Positions 35,651 to 48,652 of a stretch of 64,000 nucleotides of DNA are shown here, piece by piece (positions within the stretch are counted from its first letter, which is position 1; each line of letters begins with the position of its first letter). A program made the translations under genes and the position numbers. The notes under the pieces were generated by a model, which did not search any database, had not been told where the DNA came from, and saw only the letters and a list, made by a program, of their open reading frames with translations. Source of the stretch: Octopus vulgaris (taxonomy: Eukaryota); assembly GCA_951406725.2 (NCBI GenBank), contig OX597818.1:67146001-67210000 (forward strand), given 5' to 3'.

Positions 35651-36849
35651 CCACAGCAACGTGTCGTTGAACATAGGTGATGTTCCAGATACGGTGTTCC
35701 CAATTCGAGGACTAATAAATTGGTATTGCCTCCGGACATTCCATATCCGTCTTCAGGATACCTTTCTAACAACTCGTCTTCATTCCGCAAACATTCAATC
35801 CAATGATAACACCACCTTCGATATCAGCACTCGGCAGCTGGTCACGAAAAGAAATGAGGAATATCCCCGAATCAAGAAATCCTCATTTATTCACCGACTT
35901 CGGCTGATGACAAATAGTCGGTCGTTGTTGGATCGATCGCTCCTGTCAACTGGAAAAGTTCCCCTACTTTTAGTATCCACAACCAACATGACTACGGCGG
36001 GGATTTGTACTGTTCGCAAGTTCGCCGACGGTTCGTACACCGTCACCGTCGTACATTGAAATGATGAGCATTGTTGCTATTGTCCTACCACCTTACCAAC
36101 GACTGCTACAATGAAATGCACCTCCATCGCCATAACAGACTGCTACTACGACTCCTACTACCATCGCAAATAAAACCATCACCATTGCTGGCAATGCCAT
36201 TCCTAAAAATTACCAAAACGTTTACCATCATCGACAACCAACTTCATCACCATCGCTGACAACGTACAATCGTTCCTCAAGCCCACCTCCATGTGGTTTC
36301 TACGGTACCATCATTACCATAATTTGAGGAGCTGCTGCAGATAGCACAAGTCCTGGAGTGAAGGAATATCACTACCCTTGATGCTATCCAAATGGCAGCA
36401 TCTACGGAGGAAGAAATGTGTTTGAGTGTAACTTTCCGAAGATGGGCCGAAGAGCCTGAAATATAATGGTTTTAAAACTTTCAAACCGACATGGTTTGAA
36501 GATTTTCTGATTTCATTTTAAAAACACACCCCACAAAACCCATACAGACACAGACACACAAATAAATTAATGTGCTTCTGTGGGGCCATTCAGTTAAAAT
36601 TCGATCTCCTCACCAGCACTTAGCAGCCGCAATCTCTTTGCTTTCCTTACGTGAACTGGATCGCTTCTGCTAAACCGACTGTGAGAGGACGTAAAACGCT
36701 TAAAATTAAGCATTTATGTTTATTCGACCAAAGAATTTGATCGGTACACCAGCCTGGTCACAGTTCACGAAGGAAAATACTAAAGATAGAATAAAATGCA
36801 ATATGTTAGTTGATATATATATATATATATACATATATACTTTTAAAAT

Positions 36850-37081
36850 ATATTTTTATATTGCCCACAGGGGGCTAAACACAGAAGGGACAAACAAGGA
36901 CAGACTAAGGGACTAAGTCGATTACACCGACCCCAGTGCATAATTCGTACGTAATTAATCGACCCAGATAAGATGAAAGGCAAAGTCGACATCTGCGAAA
37001 TTTGAACTCAGAACGTAACGGCAGACGAAATACTGCTAAGCATTTCATCCGGAGTGCAACGGTTCTGCTAGCTACCCGCCA
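36850..37081 (-). mobile_element. SINE family A
   Basis: Matches the other copies. Confidence 0.82.
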
Positions 37082-37699
37082 TAGTTAATTGATGTAGGCT
37101 GGAAATTATTTCTGATCTGAAGTACTGAAATATCAAACTAAACGTTTTCAGGAAGAATATACTGAGGACACTGTAAGAACATATAATTCATCATTGATTG
37201 ATTGCAGGGAAAGAGGAAACGAAACACATGAGAAGTGTTGAGAAATTCAATATCAGGGATTCCCACAGCAGAGAAGGAAAACAAAAGTGAATTTACTGAA
37301 GAGAGTAAGTAAAAGTATTTTGGGCACATAAATGGAAATTCTTGGAAATGTCACACTAGATTTGCTGTATATATTTATAGGCATTAATACTTGTAACGAA
37401 ATGAAGGATATGTGTGACAATGGTTCACGATTGGATTCTCTCCAAAATTTCCCGTTGCAAGATGGTTTGCTTCCAAATATATGTAAACGTGCATTTTATG
37501 TACATTAGTAGAACAGGTAAAGCGATTGAAAAATATTTACAATTCAAATAATATCCAACGTTGCGTAGAGCAAGATTCATATTAATTTTGCTTCGCGTGC
37601 AAATATAAGTCAATATAAGCCGCATCACAGAATGTTTATTATGCAGAGAGACCTCACAACCTCACCTCACTCCACCGTTCTTTCTAACGCTCTAATGTG

Positions 37700-37742
37700 T
37701 ATATTACATTCTACACACACAAACACACATTATCTCTCCCTT

Positions 37743-37773
<31 letters not shown>

Positions 37774-37837
37774 ATATATATACACAGTCACACTCAAACT
37801 TATCAGTAGATAAATATTCGCTATATGTACATGTAAG

Positions 37838-37930
<93 letters not shown>

Positions 37931-37936
37931 TATATG

Positions 37937-38016
<80 letters not shown>

Positions 38017-38171
38017 GGAGAAAACACATAAATGTGAAACAAGGTGGAAAAAAGAGTACTCAAATACCAGTGGTAGAATAATATGCTTTATTCAAAAGCA
38101 GCAGAACATTCAACAAAACCTGTTACTCTGAGTAACAGGTTTTGTTGAATTTTCTGCTGCTTTTGAATAAA

Positions 38172-38245
<74 letters not shown>

Positions 38246-38385
38246 ATAAATATATACATATGTATGGAATATACATATATATATATATACATGTATACAT
38301 ATATACACATATCTATATATATGTATATGCATATATATGTATATATATATATATGCACACATATACATATGCACATATATATACA
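37700..38385. repeat. Long (TA)n-rich microsatellite block
   Basis: Directly visible; contains the foldback insert listed next. Confidence 0.95.
38014..38172. repeat. Foldback insert in (TA)n with 43-bp arms and a 1-nt loop
   Basis: 38086-38128 mirrors 38130-38172 with one mismatch. Confidence 0.9.
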
Positions 38386-39044
38386 TCCCGCTTTTGCAGC
38401 ATTTTACTACAAGTTGTAAATTTACTTTTTCTGCAAAGTCTTATAATATCTGCACCATCAGCCTGATACACTTGGAATCTGCCCATAAACTAGGCAGAAG
38501 AACGTTAAGTATCAGAAGATTTCAGAGGTCACTCCAAGTTTTAAGTCATTCCTAAAACCCATCGGACATATATTTTGAGATAAAACGATGTTGCTTTATA
38601 ATAAAGCAAGCTCAGTGACTTAAATTTATATTGAAGAACCGTAATCAGAAGGATATCGATGAAATCTATCCAAGTTTCTTCTTTGAGACAAAGGAGATAG
38701 TTCGTCCCATTTGTGAAATTAACCGATTCACAAGAACAGAACCTAAATTTCTGCATTCGAAAGAATGATAACGGTGAACGTTCCGCGGTAAACCCATGGA
38801 ATTTAAGTTTATGTTGTGAGCTTTAATGAATAATTCCATAATATGATTATGTGCTTTGAACTGTTGGTTAATTCTGTTGTTATGCGTATACTTACAGAGG
38901 TGTGATTTGCATAATGGTAGAGATAAAATAGAGGTCATAAACTGAGCAGAGGAGAGAATGGCAGGAAACTGATCATTGGTATGCAGCGGCAATGGGAAAT
39001 CAGAAGTAATCATAAGGCAAAATCTTTTTTTCATTTTTTCGGTT

Positions 39045-39248
39045 CTACGTTAGGCAGAAGGCCCGAATTTTTGGGGTAGGGTGCCAGTTGATGGGAACGA
39101 CGCCAGTACGCAACTGGTACTTAAATTATCGATCCCGAAAAGATGAATGGCACAGCCGACCTTGGCGGTATTTGAACTGAGAACGTAAAGACAGACGAAA
39201 TACAACCAAGATTTCGCCCGGCGAGCTAACGTTTCTGCCAGTTCGCCG
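39045..39248 (-). mobile_element. SINE family A variant
   Basis: Conserved head and core. Confidence 0.78.
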
Positions 39249-39944
39249 TAATAATCATAAGGCAAAATAACAGAGCAAATATATTATGCCGTTACGCAAA
39301 AGAACCGGCAACTAGCAAAACATCAAAATGCAGATAAGTCAAAAATATATAAATCTTCTATAAACTATGATCACTTTTAGGAGGGCGCTGTTATCACGTG
39401 AAGTTGCAGTATCGTTAGTGGTAGAAATTAAAAGTTAAATTGTTCATGCTCTTTATACTGCTAGTAGTAAAACTGTCGTGTTTACGTTTGCTTTTGAATT
39501 AGAATTCACCTGTCCAATATTCTCTAGTGGTAAAATAATGAATTCTGAAATAGTCTGTGTCCAAAGAAGTGAGTTGATTGGGTCCCAAATATTTTCACTT
39601 TTACCTATTTTAACGAGCAAAAATTTGCGAAAAATGAAATTCCTCCAGAACAATACCTGAAAATAGAACCTAAATATTAAGCGATGTGTAAAGAACAAAA
39701 AATTATCGTTCTCGGTGATAGGATGCACTGTAGTTTCCATGGGATGTTCCATATGAAATACTATAAGAATTTGCAGATTAGGTAAAGTATATTGTCAGTC
39801 ATTTTTACATAAATTCATAATTTTGGTAACTTTAATACAAAATGAGCGAATAAATTTAGCATCGAAATTTATAATTAATGTTATCAGCTTGAAGTCGATT
39901 ATTTCCTAGTGTCTGTATATTGCTTTAGTTTATATGATACATAC

Positions 39945-40320
<376 letters not shown>

Positions 40321-41104
40321 AATATATTCTAAAAGAAAGTTTAAATGTATATAATATCCAATGTGGCTCCCGAATTTCCTTTGAAGTCTGTTCCAGATGC
40401 CGTCTAACCATAACGGTCTGTCAGTAATTACCCATGCTGACAATTACCTGTGAAGGCCTGGTAACCTCTCTGGATGAGTAATTCCGGGTCTCCTGCACCA
40501 GACTCCATATTTTCCTTACAGTAATTAATAATATTTTCGATACTGTCTACGGTGAACGACCCTAACGAAAGTGCACCAACCATGAGACTAGGTTGCATAT
40601 CCAGAAATGTTCAGTTGCAGAGTTCAAATTCGTGTAGGTCTAGGAAATAATATGTTATATAAAAGTTATAAATCAAATTATGGATGTGTAAACTTTCCAA
40701 TCTCCTTATCACTATTATATATATATATAATAGAAATAGGTTTCGAGGAAGAAAGACTGCACGTGGTATATAAATAGGGGAAAATATAAAGGAAACAAAG
40801 AAAATGCATATTAGATATAAAAATTAAAGGCTTTTTTTTTCAAGTAAAGTCAATATATGCATATACAATTAGATGATTTGAGGTGGAATTAAGAAGTATA
40901 AAAATCATTATTATGAATCATTATAGAGGTACAAAGTCATACAGCTGATCACTGACTTTGAATGATCACCGATTTTCAAACGGTGTTTGGTCTTATAGTA
41001 CCTGAGTGCAATCATCTAAGTACCTCTTCCAGTTCTCCTTTAAATAGCAATGAAATGAGGTACCATATTTTTGTAGTGATGATTGGTATATTTTAAGTTC
41101 TAGA

Positions 41105-41709
41105 TAACCCAAGTTTTATCATGGATGACGTAGACATGCTTAACCACCTCTCGAAAACTATAAGTGCTGGAACCCTGTTAGTATCATTCGATGTGGTCAA
41201 TTTGTACACCAATATCCCACACGATTATGGTACAGAAGCAATCACCTTCTGGCTAGAAAAATACCCGGAAGTGATCCCAGGATGCATCAACCACAACCTC
41301 ATAATTGCAGCACTGACGTCTATTCTACAGAACAGCTATTGCGTGTTCGATATAGTTACTATCGAAAAAATGTGGAATTGCTATGGGAACTTGAGCTTCC
41401 CCAGTGATTGTGAACCTTGTAATGGGTTATCTAGCACTTAAAATATACCTATCATCGCTACAAAATATGGTACCTCATTTCATTGCTACTTAAAGGAGAA
41501 ATGGAAGCGGTACTTAGATGATTGCCTTATACTTTGGAACGAGAGCATGGTCAAATTCCTCGATTCCAGAATAATGCTCAACAATATCAATCGCAACATG
41601 CAATTTACCAGGGAACACAGCAATAAAGAACATCCTTTTCTTGACATCTTAATTAAAATAGTCAAAAACCACATTCAAACGGGCATCTTCTATAAGCCCA
41701 CAGATTCAA

Positions 41710-41718
<9 letters not shown>
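41105..41718 (+). pseudogene. Penelope-like element reverse transcriptase fragment
   Basis: LVSFDVVNLYTNIPH, GIAMGT (after a frameshift), WKRYLDDCLILW, PFLDILI, FYKPTDSKQ are typical PLE RT motifs; truncated at (TA)n. Confidence 0.85.
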
Positions 41719-41779
<61 letters not shown>

Positions 41780-42329
41780 TTACGAATAATTTGGAAGCAA
41801 AAATCGAGACACTTGACAATGTGCTCTCTTTTTCTTTGCGGGAAATTGAAAAGGATAAGCTAGACAAAGATACAAAGGTTCTAAAGCGTGCAAGACTATG
41901 ATCTACCGAGCCCTGTGGTTGGTAAAGTTGCGTGGTCTGAGGAAAAGACCCATGAAATTCAAACATCTGGTGAAAACCGAAATCCAAATCTTCTGTACCT
42001 CCAGCGGCGTATAGCTTATGATCATATTATTGTTGCCCATCCTCGAACAAAGACGAGTAAAGCGTTATAGCTCAAGCAATGTAAAATGAAGGCCAAGTTG
42101 GAGAAGCATTTCAGTGGTATCTTGAAAATGAGGCCGCAGTCAGTCTGGCTGTAATGGAATGTCTTTCACAGGTTTCTATGTTTTTTTCAAATTGAGCATT
42201 CACTCGCTAACGGATGAAACACCTTCACGGATGAAATACATTTTGCAGTAAAAGTGACGAATACCAATATGTGTTTGCGAATAATATCATTGTAGCTGAT
42301 GATATTTATGCTGGTCAAGAATGTGAAGA

Positions 42330-42620
42330 GTTTCTGGAGCTTTTATATCCCATATTTCACAAAGTGGGGGCAGCACAAGTGAGGAGTGAAATCATTCGAT
42401 TTCTTATTTGAAGGAAGGACCTAAGAATATGCGATAAATTCCGTAGAATCTCCCTCATCAGTTTTTAGCAGAATCTTTGCAAGGTTACTTCTTTATCGGT
42501 TACTGGAGAATATTAAACCAGGCATCGTTCCCCGGAAACCCTGTGGCTTCGCCCAAATGAGGGACTACTGATACGATCGGTTTGCGATAAATGCAGAGAG
42601 AATCAATCTGAGAGCAAAAA
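42330..42620 (+). pseudogene. RTE-like LINE RT fragment
   Basis: ICDKFRRISL...RIFARLLLYRL...PCGFAQ..TTDTI (cf. NYRGISLL...QCGFR..RGTTDMI). Confidence 0.6.
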
Positions 42621-43379
42621 TTAAACAAAAGGTTATGTTTGCTGATTGCGCATAAGTGTAGTCCTTTTGAGTTGCTAATGGCATGTCTAGAGAAGAAGCT
42701 CTCACACTATGTAAGGAATTGTAAATCTATATAACCATTGCATGGCAGATGCATTTAGAAAAGAATTATGAGCTTGAAAACTAAATTTTCGTTCAATTAA
42801 ATATGTAGAGGTGGTATCGTTTGAAAAGTGAAGCATCATCAGGTTGGTAAAGCATTCTGATCAAAAGAGATAAATTAGTGATTTGGAGATAATTGTCACA
42901 TTAAGAATAAGGAGTAAAGAATGCTTAATTAATTCTTTCGGTCACGTGTTGAAATGAATTAGAAGCATGTTTATATCAATGTAATAGCAAACACTGCGAA
43001 GAATATCAGTAAATGGATATATCTATTATCAGATGTTTGTCTCTAACAAATATTGATTTTTTATTAGACATTTAAGCGTTGCAGTAAAATGTGAGAATAG
43101 AAGAAGCATAGATTCACTTGGAAATGCTTTCAAAAGAATATGATACCAGTTTTGTAAACCTTGATAATAATATGTCTAGGTATGTTCAGAACATTATAAA
43201 ATGCAAGAAGGTTATGAAAAGGTACAGAGAAAATTGAAAAATAGAAGTAAGATCTTCCCATAAATCCATAGTGTAAACAACCAATAAAGGAGAAAAAAAA
43301 CAGAAACTAGCAATGTGATAGCTTGTCTCTTTCATTTTGAATGATATGCATGATAAAAACAACTTTTATACTAAAACAT

Positions 43380-43830
43380 GTAAGAAATACGTATTCAAAG
43401 AAGAGCAAACAGCATAAAATCAATCATCTTCTATTTATGGATGATTTGATGTTGTTGCAAAGAATGAAAATCAAATAAGTCCTCTTTTGAAACCAGTATC
43501 TGCGTTCACAGACGACGGTGGCATCGAATTAGGAATAGCGAAATTTTATCAATGAAGTAAGTGGAAATGGTAGAAAGAAATGGAATAGAATTAGAATTAC
43601 CAGACAAGAAATTAATAAAATAGATATTCAAGGTTCGTTAGAAATATTTGTAGGTATCTTGTGTTCAATAAGATCAAGGAAGCTAGCACGAAGCAAATGC
43701 TTAGAATGTAATATTGATGTAGATTAAGATTAGTGTTGAATGGCTAACTTCAATGCTAGCAATAAGATTGTGACTACGAGAGTATGGGTCACAACATTTC
43801 TGGAGCATAGCATAGGTTCTAGAAAGTCAA
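43380..43830 (+). pseudogene. Degenerate R4/Dong RT fragment
   Basis: KINHLLFMDDL...AFTDDGGIELGIA...NFNASNKIV, collinear with the intact ORF. Confidence 0.75.
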
Positions 43831-44186
43831 AATAAACGTTGAAGGTCAGATTAAATGAAACATATATTGATGATCGAATGGTTTGGAATTACTAAGAAGT
43901 TAAATTTATGTTAGTATATCCTATTTACTTTTCACAACTGTGATTAATATATTCCTAAGTAATGAAATTTTCCTGCAATTTGGTGCTATTTAGATGATAC
44001 AAAATTGAAGGCATCCAGTTCCAGAATAATAAATACGTCGTGCATTGGACTCAAAAGAATGAATGGAAAGTTCTGGTGTTTACCCTATTTAAAGAATTGT
44101 GTTTGTTTAGAAAAGATAAATATAGGTTATTTCGGTATATTCGCGAGTGAGTATGAGAGAGGATGTGTGGTAAGTAGCTCGCTTAC

Positions 44187-45429
44187 TTCTGGTTACCCAG
44201 AATGCAACACTAGTTTGTCTGGACTGTTACAGTGACAAGGTGTGAGTTTATTTGGCGCTCCGTGAATAGAAAAAAAGAAGAAAAAGAAAATTGTCAATTA
44301 TGGCTCGCTATAGCGAGCAAAATACTGGGCTCTCATCACCGTAATGGTGAATTGAAAATTTTTGCTTGAAAATTTCTTTTTGTAAATTCTAGTGGGCGTA
44401 TCTCACCAGAAAAAAGTACAATTTTTCCGAACTTCAAGAATAAGCCATTTGGATTAGCTTTTTGGAGTATTGTACAAAGGATTCCCTGTCTGTGCTATTT
44501 ATAAGGTTTATCTTTTACTTTTCCCTTCTTCCATTTTTTCTTTCTTTCTAAATTTTGGTTCATCCTTTTCATTACTTTTTCCTTTCCTCCTTTTTTATTT
44601 TGTTTTATTTTTATTCGGTTTAATATTTTGGCAGACTGTCTTTTGAACTAATTTTGAACTGTTTTTTGACATGGCAGAGAAGGAACTTAAAAAGAAAAAC
44701 CCTGTCTTAGAGTGGGAAATTAGCCCGCCTAAGCAGTGGTTAAAAGATATGGAGGAGAAGACGATGGTGCTTAGAACTTATTCTAAAGTTCTTAATTCCA
44801 TCACCGTCTCCCCAAAACAAGTTATAAAAACTTAACTTAATGACTATTTGTCCTCTTTAAAATATATATCCCGTGGTGTCAAACATGCAACCGTAGGCTT
44901 CGGGACGCGGGAGAGAATCTCCGGACAAAGCGGAAGAGCTCCACACTCCCGACGTCAGGAAGAAAATAAAAGGAGTGTCTCATATGGCCGGGTGGCCCTT
45001 ATACGACTTACATGTCCTACATGAGTGAGGCATGGGAAATGACGGGATACAGGAACTCAAGCGGCATTGAAGATAATGATGAATATATCGATGGATATAT
45101 CGAAGAGTAGGAGGTGAAAGACCCTCGTTATAGGGTTTGAAACCTCATCTGATTGTATTATTTGTAGTGGTTTCATAACCTCAATTGTGTGTTTAAAAAA
45201 AAAACATATTAAGTAAGAGGTTTTAGTGCCTCCTTGTTGTAAGAGGTTTGAAACCTCATATTGCATTTTTAAAAAAAGAAAATATGTTTTCGAGAAAAAT
45301 CCAATCGGCGAGTGTTGGGATCGTCTCACATTTATTCATTCTATTTCATTTTCATTCATTAATGTGTTTGTCCAGCCCGCAAGGCTACACACGCTTTGTA
45401 CTGTCTATGATGACAAATTTTATGAAATA
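44187..45429 (+). mobile_element. About 1.24-kb internally deleted non-LTR (L1/Tx1-like) insert with 15-bp target-site duplication inside a family B SINE head
   Basis: AAGTAGCTCGCTTAC at 44172-44186 and 45430-45444. The SINE resumes after the insert (CAGCCACATGGTTCC). The insert has a T-rich leader, an ORF1-like start MAEKELKKKNPVLEWEISPP and ends ATGAAATA(AA). Clade assignment is tentative. Confidence 0.7.
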
Positions 45430-45745
45430 AAGTAGCTCGCTTACCAGCCACATGGTTCCGGATTCACATTACCGGATATATTATGATAAACCCAACCTGC
45501 TATAGAATTACGTGGCATCTTGGATGAGTGTCTTCTACTATATCTTCGTGAGTGGATTTAGTAGACAGAATCTAAAATACCTTCGTATATATATGTATAT
45601 GTCTGGTGTGTTTACGCCCCCGTAACATAGCAGTTCAGCAAAAGAGCTGATAGAATACGTACTAGTTTTCGACATACTCGACTAAAGGTGGTGCTCCAGC
45701 ATCGCCGCATTCAAATGACTGAAATAAGTAAATGAATAAAATAAT
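45430..45745 (+). mobile_element. SINE family B, 3' part (5' end at about 44160-44186)
   Basis: Matches 62364-62770, including GACTAAAGGTGGTGCTCCAGCAT..AAATGACTGAAA. Confidence 0.8.
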
Positions 45746-46014
45746 ATATATGTACGATAATTGTTAATTGTTTCTTAACCGTTACGCTTCCCTTCGGTTT
45801 TTCATGTTGTCCTGTTTACCGTTTAGCTACTGATGAAAACATGTTGCAGTTTCATGCTATTTCTTGGGTCTCTAGAAAATACCTAAAACACATCCTACGT
45901 TTCTGTTAATATGTCCCCAAGAATGATATCCTGAAACAACACTACTTATTCACTGATAAGTTATTTATTACCGTATTTATTAGAATAATGTAGTTACAAT
46001 CAATATCGTAATCC

Positions 46015-46348
46015 TTTCGACTCGAAGCACGAGGCCTCGAATTTTGGGAAAGGGATTAAGTCGATTTTGAATTGATGACGTAGCGACCGGCAAAATACGG
46101 CTAAGCGTGCTAATGTATTTCTTTATTGCCCACAATGGGCTAAACATAGAGGAGACAAACAAGGAGAGACAAACGGATTAAGTCGATTACATCGACTCCA
46201 GTGCGTAACTGGTACTTTATTTATCGACTCCGAAAGGATGAAAGGCTAAGTTAAACACCGTGGAATTTGAACTCAGAAGGTAGCGGCAAACGAAATACTG
46301 GTAGGCATTTCGCCCGGCCCGCTAAAGCTTCTGCTAGCTCGCCGCCTT
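46015..46348 (-). mobile_element. SINE family A, partial dimer
   Basis: Matches the other copies. Confidence 0.82.
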
Positions 46349-48072
46349 CAATCAATATCGTAATACAGGAATTATATTTGCAACAACAAAAAAATAATCG
46401 CACAAATTTAATTGATAGCGAAAATGTAATTCCAAGAAAGAGGGATCGTTTATATTCCGCTCTTTTTCAGAAGCCACTTCATAACAGTTATGATACGAGT
46501 GTCAACGTCGGATCCCTTACCTGTCTACAATCTCTAGTCAGTATTTCTAATAAGAAATATGTATTTCTGTCCGTGTCTGAAATTATTAGAATATGAAAAC
46601 AGATACAAATATACACTTTGTGCTTTAGGTTATAAATTGATTGGAAATATTTAAGTTTGATACATTTCGATATTTTAAAACCGGGAAAATAGGTGATTGA
46701 ATGAAATCGTTACAGCATGTTGACATCGTTATCAAGCAAGCATGCTAAAATATACTTTGGAAAATAACCGCTTTCACTTTATCTCGAGCATGAAAGAGCA
46801 CGCGATGGACGAGTGGTTCACTTAATATAAATAATTATAATAATGTGTGTGAACACAAATAAACGACCGAGTGGTGATATTAAATAATGTGTCTATTAGT
46901 CGGTGAAACGTTACCAACATTCGAAGCCAAGCAGGCGATAGACATGAGATTCGACAACGCATACAATGCCAAAATGTTAAGAAGGCATTTGTAAACAGAG
47001 GAAGAGATAGATATTATTTTAGGATTTTTATTTTTACAGGCAAAATTAATTTATGTGTTTGCTAAAATTTTGAGATTGCTGCTGTCGATATACGTAGATG
47101 AAACGGCATTATTCTTCAATACTTTGCAATAAAACAAAATTTTCCAATTTTGGTGCACTAAGTTTAAGGTAAGGTGAGCTGATTATATCCACTCCATTGC
47201 TCGAATAGTAATTATCGATACTGAAGTGATGAAAGCTGAAGTCGGTCTCAGAGGAATTTCAGACACTAGAGAAGAGTTACCGCTGTGCACTTTGGCCAGT
47301 TCCCTAACGATTCTTTCAACTCGGGCGCTGTACAACTCACTAAAACAATATTAGCTTTAAGTTTTGCCAGAAGGCCCACAAGTTCGGAGGAGGGGATAAG
47401 TCGATTACATCGCCCCCAGTTTTCAACCGCTATTCATTTGGTAACCACGAAAGAAAGATATTTGAAGTCGTCGGAAAAGACGGATGAAATGCCGCAATTC
47501 ATTTTGGACCCACGAAAATAATAATAGCGAAATTGATTGAAGTACGTAAGAAGACTATTTTGAGTAATTATTTCTATTTAAGTTGCACACACTGAGCAAC
47601 ATCCTCACGTACTTTCTGCGTTCATAAAAGCCTATTACCATTGTATATGCGCCACATCTCTCCAACGAAATTGAGACAACCTTCTCCGCCACTTATTTAT
47701 AATGTAAATACACTAATAGATTATAAATTGTATGAATATTGTCTTGGGTATTGTGACCTTCGTTCCAATTCAATATTCTATAGTATGAGGTACGTATCTT
47801 ATCAAAATCAAATCTCTATTTTATTAATTATTGATATAGCATTAATTAATAATGGAAGCAGTATGCTCATTTCATGACATACCCTCGATACGAGACAAAA
47901 ACGTTTTCGTGTGATGTGGTCATTGGCAAGTAAGAAATCCATCATTAAGAGCTGATGTTTTACTTGTAGAAGATCAGCCACAGATCGTATAGTCATCGAT
48001 GCATCATCGGTTACTGAAGATTTATTGGAACATGGCGGGGCGAAAACTAAACCTCTACAGTATTTTCTATAA

Positions 48073-48652
48073 AAGACGGTGAGCTGGCAGAAAAGTTAGC
48101 ACGCCGGGCGAAATGCCTAGCGATATCTCGTCTGCCATTACGTTCTGAGTTCAAATTCCGCCGAGGACGACTTTGCCTTTCATCCTTTCGGGGTCGATTA
48201 AATAAATACCAGTTACACACCGGAGTCGATATAAACGACTTAATCCATTTGTTTATCCTTGTTCGTCCCCTCTGTGTTTAGCCCCTTGTGGGTAGTAAAG
48301 AAATAGGTATTTCATCTGCCGCACGTTCTGAGTTCAGATTCCGCCGTGGTCGATTTCGCCATTCATCCTTTCGGGGTCATTTAAATAAGTACCAATTACA
48401 CACTGGGGTCGATATAATCGACTTAATCCGTTTGTCTGTCCTTGTTTGTTCCCTCTATGTTTAGCCCCTTGTGTGCAATAAAGAAATAAGAAACGTTAGC
48501 ACGCTAGGCGACATACTGAGCGTATTTCGTCTGTCTTTACGTTCTGATTATAAATTCCGTCGATTTTGTCCTTCATCCTTTTGTACTCGGTTCGATCTTA
48601 TCGATTAGCTCCTTCCCCAAAAAGTTTGAGCCTAGTTCCTAGAGTAGAAAAA
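48073..48652 (+). mobile_element. SINE family A, tandem trimer-like copy
   Basis: The ACGTTCTGA(G)TT..ATTCCG..TTCATCCTTT core occurs three times. Confidence 0.85.

Noticed and set aside
35660-36460. Possible host exon(s), including the 137-aa ORF at 35646
   Set aside because: Stops in all extended frames, low complexity and no recognisable domain.
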